A stretch of DNA of 64,000 bases. Origin: an uncultured delta proteobacterium (lineage in GTDB: Bacteria > Desulfobacterota > Binatia > Binatales > Binataceae). Shown in pieces: positions 18,830 to 27,698 of the stretch. Every line of letters begins with the position of its first letter. Within the stretch, counting starts at the first letter, position 1. The stretch is taken from positions 1,024,001 through 1,088,000 of the forward strand of contig CAVQEQ010000001.1 in assembly GCA_963711565.1 (NCBI GenBank), written 5' to 3'. The position numbers were made by a program, and so were the translations under genes. A model generated the notes under the pieces. The model did not search any database, had not been told where the DNA came from, and worked only from the letters and a program-made list of their open reading frames with translations.

Positions 18830-19983
18830 GTGAGCGGACGCTTCACTTTCTATGAGTTCTTCGCCGGCGGTGGCATGGCTCGATTGGGTCTTGGTGAACG
18901 TTGGCGATGCACCTTTGCCAACGACATTTGCGAGAAGAAGGCCGCTTCGTACCGTGCGAATTTCGCACCTGCGAAGGAACTGCTGGTACGAGACATCTCC
19001 AAGGTAAAGCCGTTCGACCTTCCCGGTCGTGCGCAAATGGCTTGGGCATCCTTCCCCTGCCAGGATCTGTCGCTTGCGGGGTCAGGAGCCGGTCTGGATG
19101 GAGACAGAAGCGGAACATTTTGGCCGTTCTGGAAGCTGCTGCAAAACTTGAGGTCCGAAGACAGGGCACCGCGAGTCGTTGTGTTGGAAAACGTCGCGGG
19201 TGCGCTGACATCTCATGGCGGAGAGGACTTTGCTGAGATTTTTCGCGCACTCGTTCGAGTCGGCTATCGCATCGGGCCCATGGTCATGGATGCGATCCAC
19301 TTTCTACCGCAATCTCGTCCGAGGTTATTTGTACTAGCGGTCGAGACAGAACGAGAGATCCCCCGATCGCTCATCGCTTCCAGCGCCATTAAACCTTGGC
19401 ACCCCCGGGCTATTGAAGATGTCTACACTTCTTTTAGCCCCTACTATCAACAGAAGTGGATCTGGTGGGGACTTCCCCCCCGCCGAATTGCGACATATCA
19501 ATAGACGATATGATCGAGGACGAACCAACTGGTGTTGAGTGGCATACGCGCGATGAAACGGCACGTTTGTTATCCCACATGAGTCCGCTGAATCTTTCAA
19601 AGGTTGATCAGATCCGAGGTAGCGGAAAGCGCAGGGTAGGTTTTGTTTACCGGCGTACTCGACCTCAGGCCGACGGACAAAAGCGCCAGCGCGCCGAAGT
19701 TCGGTTCGACGGCATTAGCGGTTGTTTGCGAACACCCGTCGGTGGTTCGAGTCGCCAGATTGTCTTAATCGTCGAACGAGGTCAGCTCCGCTCGCGCTTA
19801 CTTTCCCCGCGCGAAGCCGCTCGACTCATGGGACTGCCTGACACCTACCGACTACCCGAGAAATACAACGAGGCATACCACGTTGCCGGCGACGGCGTTG
19901 CGGTCCCGGTTGTTCGACATCTAGCAGAGAATCTATTGCATCCGATTCTGAATCCGCGCGAGCGATTGGAAAGAGCTGCGTGA
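18830..19983 (+). pseudogene. DNA (cytosine-5)-methyltransferase, frameshifted at a C7 tract (19475-19481)
   Basis: Motif I FAGGG, IV SFPCQDLS, VI LENV and VIII QSRPR in ORF 18830-19504; motif IX REAARLMG and X GDGV in ORF 19456-19983; one added C fuses the two. Confidence 0.85.
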
Positions 19984-20711
19984 AGAGCGAAAGCAAGCTC
20001 GACAAAACAAAAGACCCACCTTTTGAGACTCGCGAACTACGTCGCAAGCTTCAGGAGTTCCTCGATTCCGAAATAGTTGATCCCGCCACTGGCAAGAAAG
20101 TCAAAATTGGGAACTATAAGTTCGGAGTATATGCTTTCTTCGACTACGACGGTGAGCCAATTTACGTTGGCCAGACGAACGAAAAGCTGCGTACACGGAT
20201 CCGCCGTCATCTGACCAACCAGCGGACAGACGCGGTCGCAATGAACGTGCTCGATCCATTTGAGGTATACGAGGTCGAGGTGTGGCCGCTTCCGCAATTT
20301 GAGGGACGTGCAACCGGAGATGTCGAAGCAGCCAACTACCTGAACGCGCTCGAATACGAGGTATTCGAAACCGAATTGAGTCGTTCTCGATTCAAGGCCG
20401 TGCTTAACGAAGTAGAACCAGGAAAGCCCGGGAAGCGCGCCCAAAAGCCGAAGTCTTATCGCCGAAGGATTGTGTCGGAGGAAGTATTCAAAATTCGTAG
20501 CCATCCAGATCTAAGAATCGCGCGCCGCGCGGCGACGTTAGCCCGCTTGGCGCACGTGATAAGCGAGCGCAGAGTACAGTCGGGCTTGAGAAAAACGCTG
20601 CTCACGCAGGCGAAGCGATTGGAATGGCTAGCAGAACGTCGGTATGAAGGTGCAGCAGACGAAATCGAGGACAGCGAAGCGTCCGCAGCGGAGGACGAAG
20701 ACCACCTTTAA
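19980..20711 (+). CDS. GIY-YIG nuclease (putative restriction endonuclease)
   Basis: GVYAF..PIYVGQT..LRTRIRRH; overlaps the methylase stop (GTGA). Confidence 0.8.
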   Translation: MKSESKLDKTKDPPFETRELRRKLQEFLDSEIVDPATGKKVKIGNYKFGVYAFFDYDGEPIYVGQTNEKLRTRIRRHLTNQRTDAVAMNVLDPFEVYEVEVWPLPQFEGRATGDVEAANYLNALEYEVFETELSRSRFKAVLNEVEPGKPGKRAQKPKSYRRRIVSEEVFKIRSHPDLRIARRAATLARLAHVISERRVQSGLRKTLLTQAKRLEWLAERRYEGAADEIEDSEASAAEDEDHL

Positions 20712-20745
20712 TCTTGAGAAGCCGAGCGCAGCGCGCAGCAGCATC

Positions 20746-21132
20746 ATGAGGGCGGTGCGCTCGATCAATACCACGCCTGAAAAGAAGGTTCGTTCTCTAG
20801 TCCACAGGCTCGGCTTTCGCTTTCGTCTACACCGATCCAACCTACCGGGTAAACCCGATCTCGTTTTTCCATCGAGGAAAAAAGCCCTCTTTGTCAACGG
20901 ATGCTTTTGGCATGGCCATCGCTGTCAACGCGGTGCACGAATTCCCAAGACGAATCGAAGCTACTGGCTGAAAAAAATTGCGGCTAACCGTTCTCGCGAC
21001 CACCAGACTAAGCGTGCCCTCTCGCGACTTGGTTGGAGAAGCCTTGTAATCTGGGAATGCGAACTTAGCCACGTTCAAGCTACCCGCAAGCGAATTGGAA
21101 AATACCTCGGCTCGACTGGCAGCTCCCGATAA
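20746..21132 (+). CDS. vsr: Very short patch repair endonuclease
   Basis: NTTPE, LPGKPDLVF, FVNGCFWHGH and IWECE; start may be 20644. Confidence 0.9.
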   Translation: MRAVRSINTTPEKKVRSLVHRLGFRFRLHRSNLPGKPDLVFPSRKKALFVNGCFWHGHRCQRGARIPKTNRSYWLKKIAANRSRDHQTKRALSRLGWRSLVIWECELSHVQATRKRIGKYLGSTGSSR

Positions 21133-21329
21133 GCTTCGCTGGCCGCATTCATGAGTTTTCACTGTTCCAAAAACGCGCTTGTTTCCTGCGCATCCATCGC
21201 CACAGCCACTAGCACCGATAATCTCCGCTTTAGCCACAGAGGTTCAGGGGATCGAGTAGCAATCGAAATGAAAGTCAAAGGCCCTGCTTCGCGCCGCGCC
21301 GGAAAAAATCTTCAGCATCTCGGCCCCCT

Positions 21330-22118
21330 TCACTTCCCGCACCAGACCGGTTTCCGCTTCTCCAGGAATGCGCCGATTCCTTCCTGCGCGTCTATCGCCA
21401 TCGCGTTCTGACTCATCACCTCTTTCGTGTAGTCGTACGCCTTCGCCGTATCGAGATCGATCTGCTCGTAGAACGCCCGCTTGCCAATCCCAATGATTAG
21501 CGGACTCGCCTCTACTATCTGCATCGCGAGCTTGCGCGTCTCCGCAACCAGCTCCGCATCCGCGACCACTCTGTTCGCCAGTCCCCATTCGGCCGCGGTG
21601 CGCGCTTTGACCGGCTGCCCAGTCAGCAGCATTTCCATCGCATGCTTGCGGCCGACCGCGCGCGTCAGCGCGACCATCGGCGTCGAGCAGAACAGTCCTA
21701 TCCTCACGCCCGGCGTCGCGAAGCTCGCGCTCTCGCCCGCGACCACCAGGTCGCACGTCGCCGCCAGCTGGCATCCCGCCGCCGTCGCGATCGCATGCAC
21801 TCGCGCGATGACCGGCTGCGGAATTCTTTGAATCGTCAGCATCAGCTGGGCGCACAGATCGAATTCGGACCGATAGAATGCGAGGTCGCGCCCCTTCAGC
21901 TCGCCGAGGTCGTGACCGGCCGAGAACGCCGGCCCGTTGCCCGCGATTATCACCGCGCGCGCATCGCCGCGTTTGCCGATCGCGACCAGCGCGTCATTCA
22001 GCTCCGCCATCATCGCGGTGGACAGCGCGTTGCGCTTCTCGGGCCGGTTCATCGTGAGCGTGATCAGCCCGGCCTCTTCCTCGACGATCAGATTCTTCTG
22101 CCCATTTTCATTTGCCAT
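21330..22118 (-). CDS. Enoyl-CoA hydratase (crotonase family)
   Basis: NRPEKRNAL, FSAGHDL, TAAGCQL and GLFCSTP. Confidence 0.92.
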   Translation of the reverse strand: MANENGQKNLIVEEEAGLITLTMNRPEKRNALSTAMMAELNDALVAIGKRGDARAVIIAGNGPAFSAGHDLGELKGRDLAFYRSEFDLCAQLMLTIQRIPQPVIARVHAIATAAGCQLAATCDLVVAGESASFATPGVRIGLFCSTPMVALTRAVGRKHAMEMLLTGQPVKARTAAEWGLANRVVADAELVAETRKLAMQIVEASPLIIGIGKRAFYEQIDLDTAKAYDYTKEVMSQNAMAIDAQEGIGAFLEKRKPVWCGK

Positions 22119-22148
22119 CGCTTTCACCTGCCTTCGATTCTTACTCTC

Positions 22149-22979
22149 TCACTCGCGCGGTTCGCTTTTCCATTCCTCGGGATAGAGCAGCAGCAAGTCC
22201 TGGCCGAGCGCGCGCACCAGGAATCGCTGCGTCTCATTGATCGCGCGTTCGAGCGCCCGCCCGCCGATCAGCCAATGCCCACGCCCCGCGATCTTCGCCA
22301 GCTTCGCGCCGATCGATTCGGCGAAAGCTTTCGTCTGCGCAATCGGCGCGAAGATATCCGAGTCGCCTGCGACGACGAGTCGCGGCGCGGCTTTCTCCGA
22401 TGCGGCGAACTCGATCGCGCCAGTCATGACGTCGGTCGCCAGCACGCCCGAGTCGGGCACCATCGCATTTATCAAACCGTCCCGCGTGAACGGATCGGAA
22501 TCGGCGATCAACTCGAACAAGGCTCGCCCACGCGGCGGCTTGATCGGTCTGCCGAGCATCATCGCGAGCCGATTCGCGAATCCTCCTACCAGCGGCGTGC
22601 GGAAGCCCGGCACCAGCGGCGCGTATGCGACCGACGCCTTCACCCGCCGATTCTCGCTGAGCTTGAGCGCGATCAATCCGCCGACGCCATGACCGAGCAC
22701 GACGGCGTCGCGGCCGATTCCGTCGAGCGCTTCGCCCGCCAGGGCGGCCAGATCGTTGAAGCGAAGTTTCTCGAGCGGCGGCGTCGAGCCCTTGCCGAGT
22801 GCGGCCCGCAGATTCGGCACGAACACTTCCCAGCCGATCGACGCGAGGTAACCGAGCACGAGCGCGAGATGCCGCGGCGTCGCGAACAGTTCGGGGACCA
22901 GCATGATAGGCGATGCGAACTTGACCGGCTCGGGCAGCTCGCGCTGCGCGGGGATGCGGCCGAGTTCAACGTCGTCCAC
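22149..22979 (-). CDS. Alpha/beta-hydrolase fold protein lacking the nucleophile Ser
   Basis: VLGHGVGG elbow (Gly in place of Ser), GDSD and GRGHWL. Confidence 0.75.
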   Translation of the reverse strand: MDDVELGRIPAQRELPEPVKFASPIMLVPELFATPRHLALVLGYLASIGWEVFVPNLRAALGKGSTPPLEKLRFNDLAALAGEALDGIGRDAVVLGHGVGGLIALKLSENRRVKASVAYAPLVPGFRTPLVGGFANRLAMMLGRPIKPPRGRALFELIADSDPFTRDGLINAMVPDSGVLATDVMTGAIEFAASEKAAPRLVVAGDSDIFAPIAQTKAFAESIGAKLAKIAGRGHWLIGGRALERAINETQRFLVRALGQDLLLLYPEEWKSEPRE

Positions 22980-22991
22980 GGGACTGCCGGG

Positions 22992-24254
22992 TTATGCGGC
23001 CCGCGACGCGGCCGCCATCAGCCGCGCGAATCGAAACGACGGGAACGCAGCGCGCGGCGTGATCATCTGCGCGAACCTGATCATCTCGTCCGCCGCCCAT
23101 TGCTCGCGGCTGGCCGCGCGATGCGCAAAGCGGGCGCCTTGATCGAGCCCCAGCTCCTGCGACGCGCGCACGCTCGCCCTGTAGTACGGCATCAGTTCAG
23201 CGTCGCGCCGCTTCGTAAATTCCGCGAGCATCGCACTCCAAATCGATTTGCCGCCGATGGTCGAGAACCATTGCGGTGCAAGCTCGCCGACGATCGACGC
23301 GCTCATCAACGCCATCGAATGCCCCTGGCCGAACAGCGGATCGACATGCAGCCCCGCATCGCCGAGCAGCAGCGCGCCGTCGGTGACTGGATCGCGATAC
23401 GTGTTGTTGAGCAGGCCCGAAGAAAACACCTTGCCCACCATCGTCGCACCTTCGAGCATCTTGCCGACCTCGAACGAGCGATTAAGGTACCGGCGCAGAT
23501 TCGATACGAGGTCGGTGCGAAACGTTTTCATCTCACCCGCGTCGAACGCGGTCGCCGCTACGGTGAGTCCGTTCTCACATCGGCAAACCAGGTTGCCGGC
23601 GCCGGGTGCCGATTCGAATTCCGTGACGACTTCATCGCCGAGATTCTTCCGCGCGACGCCGTCGAAGTACGCGTAGTAGTAAGCGCGCGCGCACGGCACG
23701 TCGGTGCGCTGGAACGCGTCGATACGCTCCGACGCGATCTGCGCGACCGAGCTGCGCATCCCGTCGGCGCCGATCGTCAGCGGCGCGTGGAACTCGTGAA
23801 CGCCCGACGCATCCTCGCCGCGAATTCCCATGACGGCGCCATCTTCGATGATCAGATCGGTAAGCCTGAGGCGCTCGCGAACCGTAACGCCCTCGAAACT
23901 GCGCGCCGCATCGATCATCGCGGCGTCCATCAGCACGCGCCCAAGACACAGTCCGCGATCGTCCGCGCCGTCGCGCGCGAGCGCGCCGCTGTAGTCGAAG
24001 TCGGGACCGATCGAGCGCATCTTCGAGAAGCGCACGCCGCCGAGACGCTCGAGCGTTTCGAGCACGCCCATTCGCTCGAGCACTTTCGTTCCGCCGCCAA
24101 GCACGATGTGCGTCGACAGCCTCTCCGACGGGAATGCGTCCTTATCGACGAGCAAAACACGGCGCCCGTCGCGCGCGAGCAGGATCGCGGCCGCGCTGCC
24201 GGCGACGCGCGCGCCAACGATTATCGCGTCAAATGTTTTTGCCGATTCGGACAT
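22992..24254 (-). CDS. FAD-dependent oxidoreductase (geranylgeranyl reductase/aromatic hydroxylase-like)
   Basis: DAIIVGARVAG, GADGMRS and LLGDAG..DPLFGQG. Confidence 0.88.
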   Translation of the reverse strand: MSESAKTFDAIIVGARVAGSAAAILLARDGRRVLLVDKDAFPSERLSTHIVLGGGTKVLERMGVLETLERLGGVRFSKMRSIGPDFDYSGALARDGADDRGLCLGRVLMDAAMIDAARSFEGVTVRERLRLTDLIIEDGAVMGIRGEDASGVHEFHAPLTIGADGMRSSVAQIASERIDAFQRTDVPCARAYYYAYFDGVARKNLGDEVVTEFESAPGAGNLVCRCENGLTVAATAFDAGEMKTFRTDLVSNLRRYLNRSFEVGKMLEGATMVGKVFSSGLLNNTYRDPVTDGALLLGDAGLHVDPLFGQGHSMALMSASIVGELAPQWFSTIGGKSIWSAMLAEFTKRRDAELMPYYRASVRASQELGLDQGARFAHRAASREQWAADEMIRFAQMITPRAAFPSFRFARLMAAASRAA

Positions 24255-24324
24255 TCTGCTTGCGCAACTTCGCGGCGATCGAACCCTATCATGTTGAACG
24301 CGCGCGCCCGCAAGCAAGCGCGAT

Positions 24325-24358
24325 AAAAGGAAAGAGCCCCCTCTTTCGAGGGGGCTCT
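24325..24358 (-). terminator. Intrinsic terminator
   Basis: AGAGCCCCCTC-GAAA-GAGGGGGCTCT followed by TTCCTTTT. Confidence 0.85.
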
Positions 24359-24460
24359 CCCGTGTTGCGAGGCCTTTCAGCCTCGGCTTATTCCAGCAGC
24401 AATCCTGGCAGCCTTAGCCAGCCCTCGGGGTATTAGCCCGAAGGTAAACTCGTTAAGTGG

Positions 24461-24565
24461 TTACTTCTTTTTGGTCTTTTTGGCAGCTTTCTTTTTTGCC
24501 ATTTTGCTCTTCCGCATCGGTTTGGACTTGGTGGCCTTTTTGGCCCGTTTCTTCATTCCTGGCAT
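24461..24565 (-). CDS. 34-aa Lys-rich basic peptide MPGMKKRAKKATKSKPMRKSKMAKKKAAKKTKKK
   Basis: Strong SD AGAGGAGG, own promoter and terminator; below the ORF-track size cutoff. Confidence 0.75.
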   Translation of the reverse strand: MPGMKKRAKKATKSKPMRKSKMAKKKAAKKTKKK

Positions 24566-24646
24566 AGGTACCTCCTCTTCCTAGGCTGCTGCTGGAGAAG
24601 CGCCTTTTCTTATAGATGAGAGGTCATCTCTCATCGAGTCGGGCCG

Positions 24647-24675
24647 ATTATAGAAACATGTTATTCTCAAATCAA
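24647..24675 (-). promoter_or_regulatory. Sigma70 promoter for the Lys-rich peptide gene
   Basis: TTGATT-17 nt-TATAAT. Confidence 0.75.
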
Positions 24676-24810
24676 GGGCCATCACGTGATTTATAAAGAA
24701 ATTTTAAAGTCGGAAGAGTGCAACCGAACCGGTCACTTTAGGGCCTTTAGAATGACGTTCAAAATTAGATGCCTTGAACTCGGCCCGGCGCTTGAATTAC
24801 GATTGCTGGG

Positions 24811-25149
24811 ATGACCCGCTTAAGCTTCGTACTCCGCCGCGAGTGGCTCAGCCTAATCTTCGGCGGGGTGCTCGTGATGCTTATCTTAAGCGCGCTCCTC
24901 GGCAACCTGGGGCCGCGCGACCTCGTTGCCCTCCAGAGCCATCGTGCCGCGTTGGAGGCCCGCCGCGATCAACTGGCAGCGGACAACGCAGCGTTCAGAA
25001 CGCGCATTCAGAAGCTTCGTTCAGACGACCGCTATATCGAAAGCCTCATCCGCCGTGAGCTGGGCTACGCGCGTCCCGATGAACTCGTGTACAAGTTCGC
25101 CGACGGAAACGATGCCGACCACGGCAACGATTCTGCGCCCTCGCATTAA
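24811..25149 (+). CDS. ftsB: Septum formation initiator (FtsB/DivIC family)
   Basis: N-terminal TM helix, coiled coil, IESLIRRELGYARPDE. Confidence 0.85.
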   Translation: MTRLSFVLRREWLSLIFGGVLVMLILSALLGNLGPRDLVALQSHRAALEARRDQLAADNAAFRTRIQKLRSDDRYIESLIRRELGYARPDELVYKFADGNDADHGNDSAPSH

Positions 25150-25164
25150 ACGGTTCTCGAAAAT

Positions 25165-26496
25165 TTAGAAAACTGCGCGAGAGATCAGCCGATACTCGCG
25201 CGCCTGGCGTTCCAGCTCTTCGCGGAAATCAGGATGCGCGATCGAGATCAGCGCGCGCGCCCGCTCGGGAACTGATTTGCCTTTCAAATTGACCATGCCG
25301 TACTCGGTCACGACGTACATCACGTCGGTGCGAGGCGTCGTCACGATATTGCAGTCGTCGATTCGCGCGACGATTCGGCTCGCGCGCGCATCGCGCTCGT
25401 AGGTCGAGGCGAGGCATATGAACGACTTGCCTTCGCGCGAGGCGTACGCGCCGCGCACGAATTGCAGTTGCCCGCCGGTGCCGCTTATCTGCCGCACGCC
25501 GGCGGACTCGGAGCATGCCTGTCCAGTGAGATCGATTTGCGCTGCGTTGCAGATCGAGATGACGCGATCGTTCTGCATGATGTGATTCGGCAGGTTGGTG
25601 TAATCGACCGGGCCCGCGAAGCACGCGGCGTTGCGATCGAGAAAGTCGTACATGTGCTTCGAACCCGCCGCGAAGGTGTACGTCATCTGATAACGATTGG
25701 TCGCCTTGTGCGCGCCGGTAACTTTGCCGGCCTCGAACAGCGACACGAGCGAATCGACGAACATCTCGGTGTGAATGCCGAGATCCTTGATTGGCGCCGT
25801 CGCAAGCAACTCGCAGACCGCGTTGGGCATCGCGCCAATCCCAATCTGCACGCACGCGCCGCTGGGAATTTCCGGCGCGATCAGCTCGGCTACTTTCTGA
25901 TCGACGGCGTTCGCCGCTGGATTTTTCAGCTCCGGCATCGCTGACGCGCCCGCGTCGAGCACGTACTCGACATCGTCAATATGCACCGCGTTCTCGATTC
26001 CGAAAACGTAGGGCACGCTCGCGTCGGTCTCTACGACCAAGGTCTTCGCCTTTTCGCTGATCGCTTTGTGATACGTGACCGACGGGCCGAAGTTGAAAAA
26101 TCCGTGCTCGTCCATTGGCGCCGTCTTCAACACGGCGAGGTCCACGTCGATAAAGCGTCGATAGTTGTCGGGCGCCTCGCCGAAATTCATCGGGATATGA
26201 TGCGCCAAGCCCCGATCGTGCATCTTTCTCTCGAGACCCGAGAAATACCAGGACAGGTACGTGAGATGACGTTCGTCGGGATCCGCCTCGACCGCCGCGC
26301 GCGGACGCATCGCGAGGCATCCGCGAATTTTCACGCGGTCGAGCGTCGCCACTCGCGCGGCGAGCGCGCGATCGAACAAGTCCGGCTGTCCGAGTCCGAA
26401 TCCGTACTCGACCCAGTCGCCGGACTTGACGTGCGCCGCCGCCTCATCGGCGCTGATTTGTTTGCGTTTCAATTCTCCCAGGTAGGAAGTCGCCAT
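25165..26496 (-). CDS. Acetyl-CoA hydrolase/4-hydroxybutyrate CoA-transferase family
   Basis: QIGIGAMPNAV, GIHTEM, ISGTGGQLQF and VVTEYG. Confidence 0.92.
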   Translation of the reverse strand: MATSYLGELKRKQISADEAAAHVKSGDWVEYGFGLGQPDLFDRALAARVATLDRVKIRGCLAMRPRAAVEADPDERHLTYLSWYFSGLERKMHDRGLAHHIPMNFGEAPDNYRRFIDVDLAVLKTAPMDEHGFFNFGPSVTYHKAISEKAKTLVVETDASVPYVFGIENAVHIDDVEYVLDAGASAMPELKNPAANAVDQKVAELIAPEIPSGACVQIGIGAMPNAVCELLATAPIKDLGIHTEMFVDSLVSLFEAGKVTGAHKATNRYQMTYTFAAGSKHMYDFLDRNAACFAGPVDYTNLPNHIMQNDRVISICNAAQIDLTGQACSESAGVRQISGTGGQLQFVRGAYASREGKSFICLASTYERDARASRIVARIDDCNIVTTPRTDVMYVVTEYGMVNLKGKSVPERARALISIAHPDFREELERQAREYRLISRAVF

Positions 26497-26660
26497 CGGT
26501 ACGCCTCATGTCGATTGTTAGCGGTTCGCTTGACTGCGCGGTTAGCGTAGGATTCTCTTCAACCGGCGTACTCCAATCAATGCCAAGTATCGAACTATTC
26601 AAGCAAGCGCCCACCAGCGGCATCGGCGTGCACACAATCTGACGCAACCGGGGGATCACG

Positions 26661-27089
26661 ATGTACTTTGTTCGCGCCTTCATACTCTCCCTTCACATCT
26701 TCGGCGTGATCTTTTGGATGGGCGGACTTTTGATGATCACCAGCCTGCTCGCGCGCGTGCCCGAAGAAGTCGGACTGCCCAAGGAACGCTTTCTCGGCGC
26801 GGCGCGCGGTTTGTTTGAGTCCACGGTCAACCTCGGCGCCGCAGTCAGCATCATCCTTGGGCTGGTGCTGATTCTGATGGATCCGTCGGTGCTGCGGCAG
26901 GGATGGCTCCACGCGAAGCTGCTGCTGGTGGCGATCCTGCTTTTTTATCACGTGCGCTTTTATCGCCGGATCAAGTTCCTCGAGAACAATCCGAGCCAGT
27001 CATCGAGCCGCGAGTTTCGCGTCATCCACGGGATGGTGAGCGCGCTGTTGATCGCGATCCTGTTGCTCGCCGTGATGAAACCCTTCTAG
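26661..27089 (+). CDS. hemJ: Protoporphyrinogen IX oxidase HemJ (UPF0093)
   Basis: LHIFGVIFWMGGL, GWLHAKL and C-terminal VMKPF. Confidence 0.8.
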   Translation: MYFVRAFILSLHIFGVIFWMGGLLMITSLLARVPEEVGLPKERFLGAARGLFESTVNLGAAVSIILGLVLILMDPSVLRQGWLHAKLLLVAILLFYHVRFYRRIKFLENNPSQSSSREFRVIHGMVSALLIAILLLAVMKPF

Positions 27090-27121
27090 CAGTGCGCGTC
27101 TCCGATCCTATCTCCCTTCCG

Positions 27122-27163
27122 GTTCCCTCGCCCGTTATCGGGAGAGGGTTAGGGTGAGGGACC
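27122..27163 (+). repeat. Left 42-bp inverted repeat flanking the DUF559 gene
   Basis: 41/42 identical to the reverse complement of 27622-27663. Confidence 0.9.
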
Positions 27164-27198
27164 TTTGTGCGGCGCGATTGTCTGGTGCGCCGCACGTC

Positions 27199-27573
27199 TT
27201 ACATTCTTCGCTTTCTAGTTTTCCGCCATCCTTCGAGAGCGTCGGCAATCCGCTGGAGAACCTCGTCGATCTCGGAAATCACTTCGTTGTTCCAGAACCT
27301 CAGAACCCTGTAGCCGGCGTCGCGGATAAATTGGGTCCGGCGCTCGTCCTCGTCCGATTGATCAGCGTGTTGAGATCCATCGACCTCGACTACGAGTTCG
27401 GCCTCCTAACAAAAGAAGTCCGCAAAAAACGGCCCGATTGGATATTGCCGACGGAACTTGAATCCCTCGAGCTCTGAGTTGCGCAAGCGCGACCATAACA
27501 TGCGTTCCGCTTCCGTCTGATCGCGTCTAAGGCGGCGAGCGACATCTCGAGTAAGAGCTGGTTTCGAGGTCAT
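27199..27573 (-). pseudogene. DUF559 (Vsr-like PD-(D/E)xK) endonuclease with in-frame TAG at codon 56
   Basis: Manual translation: [68 protein letters not shown]. Confidence 0.88.
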
Positions 27574-27621
27574 TGCGGTGGCCTTAAGATTTGCGGCGCG
27601 TAAGAGAATCGCACCGCAAAT

Positions 27622-27663
27622 GGTCCCTCACCCTAACCCTCTCCCGATAACGGGAGAGGGAAC
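27622..27663 (-). repeat. Right 42-bp inverted repeat flanking the DUF559 gene
   Basis: GGTCCCTCACCCTAACCCTCTCCCGATAACGGGAGAGGGAAC. Confidence 0.9.
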
Positions 27664-27698
27664 TCGGAACGAGGGCGGCAGCATTTTGACACCCTCTG

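Noticed and set aside
21642-24326. 894-aa plus-strand ORF and other long antisense ORFs (e.g. 10715-12058, 35421-36914, 58447-60144, 61156-62766)
   Set aside because: Shadow frames of real genes in GC-rich DNA; Arg-rich and without recognisable motifs.
27406-27408. TAG in the DUF559 gene as pyrrolysine or read-through recoding
   Set aside because: TAG is a normal stop in neighbouring genes and no pyl genes are seen; a nonsense mutation is simpler.
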